From assembly GCF_964204645.1 (NCBI RefSeq), contig NC_134029.1:4650001-4714000 (forward strand): a DNA stretch of 64,000 nucleotides, given 5' to 3'. Of the stretch, positions 52,801-64,000 are shown in pieces (position 1 is the stretch's first letter; every line of letters begins with the position of its first letter). A program made the position numbers and the translations under genes. Under the pieces are notes generated by a model that worked only from the letters and a program-made list of their open reading frames with translations, was not told the DNA's origin and searched no databases. The DNA is from Tubulanus polymorphus (lineage: Eukaryota; Animalia; Nemertea).

Positions 52801-55102
52801 CTTGATTAGAAAAACAAATAACAATGCCAGCGCTCCGGTTAATGAAATAAAAGACAAAAGAAAGCTCGTAGTAACCGTGATAAGGTACGTCGGCGCAGTA
52901 TAGCGCAGTCGTCAATAGTCGACGTCGTGCTCGGGAGAGTACTTGACGAACATTCAATGCAACTAGTATAACATCTTACGTGTAATGATTTACATCGGCA
53001 GCTATGGTAACTCGGTATTCATTCAGGCGATTGTTGGTCGGCTGATGGTCGGCTGTCTCCATCCGTAGACGTGGCTGACGACTGGCGACGTCGAATAACG
53101 GTAAACACGACGAGCGACGCGGAGACAATCCGATAAACAACCGCAATCGCCGATTCCGTACTAGTCAGTCAATTCAGGACTCGCCCACTTCCTCAAATCC
53201 CCGCAAACATTTAATCAAATATATATATTCAGTCACGGAAGACTGTAAAACACCCCATTTCCATCCACACCACGCATTTATTAAGAAAAAAAGCCCACTC
53301 TTTCCGTCATTTGTGGCCAACGAGCCCTCACCAAAAACGGCATCATTACACAGAATATCCAACATAGCCAGATCTTTTACCCAACGCACTATCGTGTCTT
53401 TATCACTCACAATATCCTCTACCAGTTCTCTACCATATCCTCAACCGCGCACTTTTTTACTTCAGGTTTGTTTATGGTTATATGCTTGGAATACGACGTT
53501 ACCGAACATCGTAATTGCATATTTTCATTTTTTTGAGTTGTAACCTTCTCCGGTTAGATGTGCAATTCGACGAAGGCCCTAAACCTCCGTGGTATCGTGT
53601 TTAACTCTTTGAACGCTCCGGGCTGCGGGACATAAATTCAATTTCGTCGCGCCATAAATTATCGAGTTATTCGCGTAGAAAAAGTTGCAAGTATTTCCTC
53701 TACCCGATATTCTGTAATTACGCATAGTGAAGTGGTCTGGAGTAAATACCATCGACGACGAGAGAAGATTTAATAAAACCTTAGAGCAACCAACCAGAAT
53801 GATAAAAACTGATCTTCAGGCATCTTCATTTACGTACTTTCCGAACGTCATTTAATAACGCAGTCGCATTCATTTCCCAATGTTTAATTGTTAGTTGTCT
53901 AGACTTCGCATACACACATTATAGAATAACTAGTTTCCACTAGTTTCAACTAGTTACTTTAACAGCAGTATATGGTCGTATTCTTGTATCAGGAGTGGTT
54001 TTCGAATAAAGTCATCCAGCATGGTGATCTTCAGAAGGGTCATATACTATATATGCGCCCTTTGGCAGGAAATTCTGAGCAGCATATTGCAGGCGCCTTT
54101 GCACCGACATCCATTTTTTCGTGTAACCTGTGAGTTCTTAAGTAATTTCCATGTTTGGCATTGAAAGCAAGATCGTAGTTCATATAGTAGAAATATACGA
54201 AAATTCTACCTCATCAATCGTGGATAAGAGTCAACTTTCGGTCATTGCATCGAAGTTCGAGATATCGATGTAATATTCTCCTGGTAGTCAATGATTTTGC
54301 TGTTCATCGCAGCGGATTCTTCCGTTCCTTTCTCTGCGTATAAACCAGCCAGCTCGGCTTCCAGAGATCGCAATCACAGAAGTGTTCATCGTAAACGGCA
54401 AACAAATGAACGTTATACGCGATTTGAATTACCATCACGTCGCAATTGATACGCCGCGCTTTTATCGTCAATTCTCTTTGAAAAACACCATCAAAAACTG
54501 CCTGATCGGTTTAACACTCATAGTCGCGATGTTAACGAATCTAGAATAGCCTGATGCAGCAAGTGTTCTGTATCAATAAAGAGCTACCGAATGCCTATCG
54601 AATAGTAAACAGCCAGCTTTATCCCGTAACGCAGCCATTTGAATACTTTTACTTTCTCTAGATAATGCTTTTGGAGGCGTTTCATTGAATTTTTCAACAT
54701 TGCATGTCATCAAACACTCTTGTTTTGTCTCAACAAGTTCTACAAGTTCCAAGGTTATTTTATGTTGCGTGGTGGTGTGAGTTGTGTTTAAGCTGTGTTG
54801 TGGATGCTCTTTGTCGAGTCTTGCGAAACTAGGTCTTCGAATCGCGACGCAGCCCCAGCCTCTTTCCGAGTTTCGGTTTCCTCTGTACGGAATAACCCAA
54901 AGCTTCCCTTGTTTTGTCCACGATGTTGTTCATCGCTGAAACTCAATGACTGAATGGAGCACGTATCTATTTCCATCTTGTTTTGCTACGTTAACATTTG
55001 TGTCATCTTGTTTGCATTGATTTTAGAAAATGCGCCACAACACATCTTAAACAAACAGCCAAAAACAACAGCTACGATGAATGCTGAATGGAAAACGCAC
55101 TC

Positions 55103-55130
55103 GTTAAACCATCCTAGTCCATGGTTAACC
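55103..55130. mobile_element. Possible 14-bp transposon footprint
   Basis: GTTAAAC|CATCCTAGTCCATG|GTTAACC; 6/7 duplication, right end GTCCATG shared with the 25408 and 39732 inserts. Confidence 0.4.
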
Positions 55131-58100
55131 CATCCGACGCTTAACAGCTATTTATCCCTCACCAGGGGGCAGCATTATCTAGCTCATCATTACCGCAGTC
55201 ACGATGGCGTCGACGCCACTTCATAAATCGGTACGTACTGTCTGATGTGCTTGCTGGTCACGAGCGACCGCCATCGGAGCATTGATTTTTACTTCAATAG
55301 TTGACATTGCAGGAATCATCACGAATGTCGGTGTCTAATGAGCACACGGGTTCATCCTGGTACCATTCACAATGGACAACGACAAAACACGAGGTACCCT
55401 TAATCATAGTTGAGTTCTATGCCTTAATCCACTGCCAACGGAACCGGTATATTAGTAAACTCGCTGCTGGCGCGTAAGTTTCTCTGTCCAGCTTTCAGAG
55501 GTAGCGCGTAGCCGGGTCAGTATATTCTCCCGGTGTCGCTAATAATTCTGCCACAGCCTTGTGACGTGAGTAACTGCACTCACTAATAGAAAGCGACAGT
55601 GTCGTGCCGAGAAAATAGAATTAATAAGTAGTAGCTACCAGGTCCTATTCTACCTGTAGATTATCTTGCTATATCTCGCCGTAATGAAATTATCGTTCTG
55701 CGTCATCTGCGATGATTCTTACCTAAATTGATTTGTTTGTGTTGCGAAATACGAGGAGACTGTTGATGAAAAATATACAATGGTCGGATACTGGATTTAC
55801 ATCATATCGTGTTACTATATGACGACAGTCTTAATATCACATAACCATATATACAATCTTGTCGAGAGGGGGAAGAGTCCGCGTTATTGCACAGTTGGAA
55901 GCATTTTTTTAAACTTTCTTTATTTGTTTAAAATACTTACAAATATATATATATGAAATGCACAGTGAATTGATGAGATATTGGATGTTGAAATATGTAA
56001 ATTTTGAATAAAGTTTTCACATCTTGAGGTCTCACCAAGGCCATGTGTAATCCAATGGTTTGCGTATTCATGTAGGTAAAGTAGGTTAACCGATTCTGGA
56101 GTTTGACACAATCTTCCGCATCTTCCGATTCCAATATCGCGGAAAGGACCCACGCGCTGAGAGGGGATCAGAATCGACGGTTCCCGCAAGATGGTGCTTC
56201 TAGTAGTTTTGCAATGCTACTGATACGAAAAAGTATATGTGATGTGCTGCTGACTGCTGTTGTGGGTTAACCCGTCGCTTCTAATCCAATCTGAGAAAGG
56301 CTTATGAAGCTCGTATTTCATTGATCCGATCATTGATATCAGAACGACGTAGTGATGAAGGAAGCCGTATATGCGCCACGTAAATGTCGACTGCTTTCGA
56401 GTCGGTGGCGCGCACACCACGGCGGAGGAAGAGTGTGCGGCTGCTGCTAGAACGTGAAGCCGGAATAAAGACAGCATACGACGCGTATACGGATGTGTCT
56501 GTCTAATCTGAGGTATATAGCTGATAGCAGATGCAGCATAGACGTAGAAAATACACGTATAATCATCACGGTTGACCGCGACAGAGCGACACAAGAAATA
56601 AACAAGATATGAATAGTAATTACTATCATTCGACTATACAACATCATAATAATCACCTTTCCTCGTGCTTTTGTCAATCTCTTCAACTTCGAATCTGAAA
56701 ACGAATTTGAAAATAACGTCATTTCAACGTTCATAATGACAGACCAGATGCTTCGATATGAAATGATCGTTTTTAGTAATTGGTCGCCCATATGGTTGCA
56801 TTTAATTTCTGCTAATCTCGTGTTGTGATGTAATTGCAATTCGTGTATCTTCGTATGAAAAAAACATTGATTTTCAGTATATTTGTTTACAGCCGAGCTC
56901 AATTATTAGCAGCGGTATTCATAGATATGGGCGGGTCGTCGGTATTTCTGAAATGACAAGGATGTCGCGCTACCCCCCACTAACTAGATGCGCACAGCTG
57001 ATAGTCCCGCTTTCCTACGAGAACCTATCACGCGATCATAACTGGCAAATTTTTTATGGCTTTTATGCGAAGAAAAATCAATTAGATTTATTGGTTTTGC
57101 GGTAGCAGGCAACTCATTATTGGTAGCATCGATCGGATTGATTCGTTGAAAGGAGCCCAGCATGCCAATCAGCGGGCAAAAACATACTATCGGTACAAGG
57201 CTACGCTATAGCATCATCGGTCATGCAATATTTAAAAGTCAGGTTCGTGGTCAATGGATGCCTTTCACTCTTCTAATGAAAAGAGGCTTTTTGCATTCAC
57301 TGTGTAACTTCAGTTCGTCGAGATTGGAAATGTTCACTCCTTGCTCCTCCCCGCTATGAGGCCAATAGGTACACATCAAGTGTCGCATAGATGCCACTTC
57401 CAGAATGGCATACGGACGAGTAATATCTACTTTACACTGGTTGAGGGCTTGTCGACAACGTCGTCCATGACCTTACCATAGACCTTGCACATAATAGTAA
57501 AATAGGGCTCTTATACTCGTGGTAGAGATATTAGATGTGCTTCGCAGATGCAGCATGTCTGCCACTGTTTTAGATATTCCAATCAGAGTTTTCTCTCCAC
57601 AGGGAACTCGGTATCACAACAGCTATCAAAAACATGTTCCCCGCGCTGCACCCAGCTAAAGAATATAAACTCAACCTTACCGCACATATGCGAGTTTTCT
57701 TCGGTTGAATCAGATACTCGTACACCTCGGCATCACATTTGGAAGGGTTTACTTGTTGGCTCCTACTTTTGCGGAGGCATCACATTCGATGAGGTATCGA
57801 GGTTATGGTTCCCTGTTAATGGCTAAAATCCATGAAGACGTAGCGAAACCAAAAGGTGCGCAGTTGTACGGTTTTAGCTCGCAGCATCAATCCAAACATG
57901 ACGATAAAGCCTTAGGTCGACGTGAAAATCAAGATAGGAAGTTAAACATCAAACGTCCCACGATTTGACTTAACGATTTTAGATATCTTTTGATAACTGA
58001 GACAAGGGTTTAGAATGTGGAAGCCCCGTTGATTGCCTGTTGCTGCAGCCACGTTTGCCCTGTTGCCTGTCGTCGGTAGTCGTCTGCCTGATATAATATG

Positions 58101-58965
58101 CCGGTAATGGTTTCACTGTCATTGCTTGCAGTCATCTGCGGGGAGCGCGCCACTTGAATTTGTCCCATTAAATTCGCTACGGCAAACGATGATGAATCGA
58201 CGTCGTAAATTTCCGTATTCATCAAAATTGACAACCGTCGCAAATTCCGCTTCGACAAAGATGAATTTTCATTTCATTTTCAAGATGTGGCGTTGTTTCC
58301 GCCGCCAGCGTCGATAATGCAATTCGAACGTCGTTTGTTTTCGGTGACATTCCATTATTCGTCTATTCCAGAAAATAATTCCCAAAATATAAATATTGAG
58401 CCGGCAACGAAATGAACATTTTTATTAGTTTTCGAGTAGCGATTTGTGGGATAGACTGACGTCGCTAATGCCCCGAAGGGCCAAAGATGGATGTCCCATC
58501 GTCATAATAACGGATAAGGTTTCCTAGCTCTCCGAGGCCTTCCTAGTCTAAGTAACATATTAGTATTTGTGAAACTAAGGCACTTAACCCAGTAACTTAT
58601 GCGAACAAAGCTCGAAGTGGGTTTAAGCGTCTTAAGATGATAATACACATGCTTTGATATGCCAGTATAAGCCCTGTCACCTTTCATACCGGTTTCGTTT
58701 TTACACCGTAAGTAATGCGAAGAGAAGAAGGTCAGACGCTGTCTCGTCTGAAAGAGGCTTTTAAAACAAGTCTCCGTGAACGGCTGCGGCTGCTGTGTGA
58801 TGTAAGACACCACTAGGGCTGTATCACACACCGTTCACTTACCCATTACACCAATTGAATTAGGTAAAGTTTCTTCACTCTTCTATCGGCTACTGCATGA
58901 AATACCCTTCATCTTCAATAAGGCCACCATTACGTATCTATATATTTGGGTATCACCAACCAGGC

Positions 58966-59020
58966 GGAGACGATTCGGCCCAGTCAAGCTGGCCCGAGTC
59001 CAGCGTGTTTCCGTGTAAAT
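58966..59020 (+). mobile_element. Fragment of MITE family B
   Basis: GGAGACGATTCGGCCCAGTCAAGCTGGCCCGA...CCGTGTAAAT, similar to 49779-49811. Confidence 0.5.
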
Positions 59021-59089
59021 CAATCGTTACCAAAGATGTAATCAAAACGATGCTGTGACAAGTGAAGTGAGTCATTTCAAAACCAATTT

Positions 59090-59245
59090 GCATTCACACG
59101 GAGTAATTTGACCTGTGTTGAAATCTGGCTCGGGTTCTGGTCCAACTTTTTTGGTCGGGCCAAATCTGGCCCGTGTCAATCAGGCGCGTACCAGTGTGGA
59201 CGGTTGGTCGGGTCAAATTCTGGTCAAAAACGCTCGTGTGATCGC
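59090..59245. mobile_element. MITE family B, most complete copy (~155 bp)
   Basis: Terminal inverted repeats GCATTCACACG / CGTGTGATCGC and internal inverted AATTTGACC / GGTCAAATT. Confidence 0.6.
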
Positions 59246-62200
59246 GGCTATTGACCAGCTCGAATATATACGAAATCCGCAGCTCAGACAGTTGCAGATT
59301 TTCGGCCGTAATTATCATAGTGATTGGTTTTTCTTTGGACGTATTCATTAGATATCGATCCGGACGCCATCCGTGATTGATCGATTACCGATCGACCCTA
59401 TTGAAAACGGGTCGATCAATACCGATTGATAGATTCTCGACCGACTGTCGGCGTAACTGTTTCCGCGACGGAAATCTAGAAAATGGCCTATTTTCACTGG
59501 TGCTGTGGAGGTTTAACCTTTTGCGCGGCAGTGATGGAATAATTTAATGATGTTTTGCCAGATTTGCAAATTGTTGTACGCCATCAGTAACCATCAAATT
59601 GGCTTAACGGTAATCGCATTTGTAATCACAAATTATTGTATTTTTGATGAAATAACCGCGCAGAAGAGATGTTCAGATTTGACATTTATCGGAATCAAAG
59701 CCAATTTCTGGGCTTCACATAATATATAAGGCCTTAACGTTCTATACGAAAAAGTTATCTTTTGTAGATATATTCGTCATTGTATCGAGCTCGTTCGATG
59801 TAAATTGAAGCTAGACAAATAACCTGGATCGTGTGTGTTATAGAAAATATACATCCATGTTCAGTTTTTTAACGCCAGATGTTATAGCGTGCTCTTATGT
59901 TATTCTTTCGTGGCATTCTTTCACTTCCCATGGTTTTTTCTTATTCGCTGTGTTACATTCGTTACCGTTTCCGAACCCGTTCCTTGCGCTCAATCTGTTA
60001 AATGATGGATGTAACGATGTTTCCTAAACCTGGCATTCCAGCCGTCAAACACGATATACACCTATATACGCAACCTTTACTCACACAAACACACCCCATA
60101 TGATATAATCGTCGGCAAATTTGTCACGTTTGACTCATTTTGTTCGCTCTGAACCGATGGAATTTTCTCCGTATAAGATACGCCGGGTTGCGCATTATCT
60201 TTATGGTGGCTTATCACTATCGATCTCGGCTTTGGTTGATTTCAGATCTTATGAAGTACGGTGGATTAGACACCTTCCCGATACCGAAAGAGACATTAGA
60301 GAACTCGCTAAGCTCATCCACTTCGATATTGTACTCTTTTTTGTCATCTATATTGCAGTAGTGGATTGCCCATTGTGTTCTCACCTTTCCTGCAAAAATA
60401 AGTACTTAATACCGGCAGTAATCAGAGTTGCTTGTCGCAATCCGACTTGATACATATCTCCCTCCTCCGAACATTAATCTGGCCAAGATCTGTCAACAAT
60501 GAAAAATTCGACCAGTATTCTAAGACGAAATTTCATCGGTAAAACGACTGGCTATCTAATCGGTTTCTGGAATAAGGTTCGTGCAAAAACCAAATGGCTA
60601 GATAGAATATTAGATGGTTAACGTGCAAAAAAACCGTCACCGTCGGGAAGAAAGTGGCTACTTAGTGAACCCGGTGGCTCCGCAAGAGAACGTCTTGTTT
60701 TACAAGGTAGTTAAGCGTGTCAGTGGAAACCGGATATATTGAGTATAGAGATCGTTGGTTGCTCGCTTCCGCGACGTAAGACAGTGGAATTAGCGTCTTG
60801 TAGCTGCAGCACCTGTTATGATGGAATTGCCGGCAGGTATTACAGTTGATATCAGTTTCGCATGATGTGACAAATATTGGTGAACGTTCAGCGCGCACAT
60901 GCCAAGCAATTAATGGCTGCTATTTAGTGTTGCGTGTCCTTAGGGTTGCAGTGATTAGCGAAGGAGAGCTAGATTCGTTGTCAATCAACACTGATATGCA
61001 ATTAACGATTGTAGTTTAATACCCCGTCTCCGTCTGGTGAAGAGAGACCTCGGAAGATGTTTACAAGGACTGCACTGCTGCTGTTGTTTACAAACGTGTC
61101 GTGCAGTAGATCGTCTACAGCCGTGTTCTGTTTTAGCCCTCACCTGCAACGGACCCATTTAGAATGGACTGAATCAATGCTGTTCGCGCACGTTTTTGAA
61201 TCCACGCTTTTGGTCCAGATAGACGCAACGATGATTAAGAGAAAACCATCTATTCACGCACATAGGTCAAGATCCGTTCTCAAATCGAGAAGAGACCTGG
61301 ATTTGGCTTCTCGGTGGCCTCAATGTGTTCGTTTTAAAAACGGAACGTACTCATAAGAACCGGCCTTTCGTAAGTGTGAACGCCGGTGTATTTTTATTTG
61401 AACGGTCTAAATTCAGACCAGGTAGATCATAAACACGGTTTAATTGAAATCAGTTTGCTGCAAGTTTGCTTCTTCGTCGGGTATAGTGTCTGCTTCGCTC
61501 GTGCGTTCGCGTCGATATCTCAAAATACATCATCCGTCTAGATTATTGAAGATTCGGATAAACGAAGAGAAAAGTTACGTCGCCGATATTTGCGACGCGT
61601 TTTCAAATTTCAGCCGACGCTTTTACGAGTGGAGAATTTCATTTCCTCGCTTCGTCGACGTTAACGATTTCGAGTGCGAAGCGAAACGGTCAATAGACTC
61701 GCGTCGCGCTGCCTGCTCGTTTCGTCTGCCGATGATGACGTGGGGACCAAAAATGCGCGCTCTTTATTTCGTTTTCCTATTGATTACGTTATGATTAAAG
61801 CGAACGGAAAGTTACGCAAACGTCTTTGATCGATGATTCGATGTTACGACTTGTTAATCAAATAGTAGTCTCCGAACGCGTTTCTCTCGCATTACTTCAT
61901 TAAACGCGAGCTCCCCTTTATCGACGCGGAGCCCATTGATGACAAGGTGATCTTTTAACACCAGATATTATACGAAAACAAGCGAGTCTTATCGCGTTTT
62001 TAATAGGACTCTGATGTTGATAATGACGTCGACAACGTTCTGTTTTCCCGGCAGAGTCCGCGTGTCGCTTCTGGGCGTGGTCGGGTACTGTGTATTTATT
62101 TACTAACGATCTGTGAAGCAGAAATATTCATCACTTCTGACTAGAGTCAGCTTTTCTTATTTAGAAACCATAGGCTTTTTATGTAACAAAGCGTTGTTGA

Positions 62201-62659
62201 CGTGTAAGGATATGACTGAGCCGTGTGATGTATTTCAGTTATCCCGGAGACGGGAGCATTGTTTACCTCTATCTCACCCTCTCACCTTTTGACTTCATTG
62301 ATTTGAGAGCTAAATTCAGTATTTGATATATTGACGCTTTTAGAAATAGTCGGTATAGCTGACTTGTTCACTGACACGCGAATCAATGCACGAATGAAAA
62401 CAAATAATCATTTATATAAACTTTACCTTGAATCAAATGATTTGTAGGCAATCTGATGATATTAGGGGTTTGCAGGCATTTTGAATAGAATGGCCCCATT
62501 CTTAATACTGAAGATTGATGTAGTCCTGGCTCAAAAGTTGTGCCAAAATGTCGGAGCTTTTTCTCCACGATGAAGCTAGAAGTGCGCTATCGAATACGTG
62601 TCTTCTTATAGAAAGGCATGGGAACTGCTGAGTATTGAGGTAAAGGTTCAAATCGGGCG

Positions 62660-62838
62660 ACAACCGGCTGAAAACCTCGTCATAACGACCTCGGTACGAT
62701 TCACATCCGTTTTTACAAACCGGGGACTTATTGCAACATCGGAGAATTTTGGTAACATCTTAGGATATAACGAACTATCGGTTATAACGAGCATCCTGTC
62801 TGGTCCTCTGCAGTTCGTCGTCACGAAGTTCCACTGTA
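62660..62838. mobile_element. Tc1/mariner (pogo/Tigger-like) MITE remnant, right end
   Basis: Ends GTTCGTCGTCACGAAGTTCCACTG|TA (reverse complement TA|CAGTGGAACTTCG...), with repeated subterminal ATAACGA motifs. A CAGT terminus with TA target is typical of pogo-like elements. The left end was not found. Confidence 0.55.
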
Positions 62839-64000
62839 ATGCGATACGGATACGTTGTGAAAGATGTGTCATTAGCCGGAGAAATCTTGGCCATTCCCTC
62901 CCGGGATTTTCATCAAATGGCGTCATTTTCCCGTGTAAATGTTTCGTCGCTGCAGTGTTAACCGAAATAAACGTATTCGGGTTTGATATAATGATTACAG
63001 CTTTCATCCGTGTCCCACGCCAACCAGTAAAATCCTTCGGGTCGAGAGCCGTCTTAAGATCTCTAAAACACGTGATATAATCCGACTCATCAACGAGCTT
63101 TGTAATTATTCTGCTTTCCGCAGTTTGCAGGTTCCCGTCGAGATTATTTTTCCGAGCGCGACAAATAATTGGACGTGTTGTATAGATGAAGCAATTCTTT
63201 GGGCACGCTTTGCGACTGGGGCCTACCACCCGATACCTGAGCGCACGACGATGATTCAACCGCGTTCACGTGGCTGTTTCAATTCACTAACTAGCGAGAG
63301 TATAGTCAACTTGTCATTGAAACGATAATATGTTGACGAGTTGTCCAAGTGATGGCTTGGCTCAGGCCTAGTAAATTGAATTGGGAATACAAATTGACAC
63401 TCACAAATAAAGATGAATATTTCGATATTTTTGGTAAATAGAAATTCCATTGCATGAGCCCAATATTGTACGGTCACAAAATGTCCCAAAATGGTTCTCC
63501 TGAATCTAAGCCAACTACTTTTTTTCCTTTCCGACTTCAACGGCATCAACGTTAATTATATTTAGAAAGCCGTTCGGCAATCAATTTTTCCTTTTTGCCT
63601 TCGTCGATAATATCGACGAAGAACACGCGAATGTGCGAAATTAACGGATGCACTTTTTATTAACACTCGCCATTGACAACTTCGACTCTTTATTATATAT
63701 ACTTGTTGTGCGGGGCGAGTTTTTTCATCCTGGCTTCAATGCGGCATTGAATTCGTTGATTAGACGCCGTAATTAGCTTTTGCTGGCGAGTTTATCTCAC
63801 TGTGCACCAACAGGCCTTCGTCGAGTGTGACTGCTTTAACACGCTTCATTAGCTGGCAGTCTGCGCGCTAATTAGGCCTGCCGGATCGGGCATAATTAGT
63901 CATAAAGTTATGACTGACAACGCCGACGTGTAGTTTTAGTGACAAGGTGCATCTTGCTGATAAGTGTTGCTGGTTTAATGTACATTTATGCGCGGACATG

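Noticed and set aside
62598-63259. Longest ORFs (203 aa minus, 160 aa plus)
   Set aside because: They overlap each other and a pogo-like MITE remnant and show no recognisable domain; consistent with chance ORFs.

Overview
This is eukaryotic, almost entirely non-coding DNA: roughly 40% GC by eye, abundant CpG, microsatellites and many short decayed repeats. It looks like an invertebrate animal genome, but the taxon cannot be determined from the sequence. None of the listed ORFs resembles a protein family I recognise, and there is no operon, CRISPR array or rRNA. Well supported features are two isolated Pol III tRNA genes, tRNA-Arg(TCG) at 11950-12022 (-) and tRNA-Lys(TTT) at 23184-23256 (+), a (TA)64 microsatellite, and several dispersed transposon-derived families (Helitron-like 3' ends, MITEs, a tRNA-derived SINE head). 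A few small + strand segments have good splice signals, so the window may be the 5' UTR/first-intron region of one very large gene, with a possible start codon at 49650; this is inference. Two patterns are the most interesting. (i) Five ultra-short 14-38 bp inserts with C(A/T)TGGA-type ends sit between 7-bp direct repeats, as expected for excision footprints of P/Galileo/1360-type transposons. (ii) About seven decayed minimal hammerhead-ribozyme motifs of the kind carried by Penelope-like retroelements are scattered across the window. I found no evidence for a novel protein-coding system.
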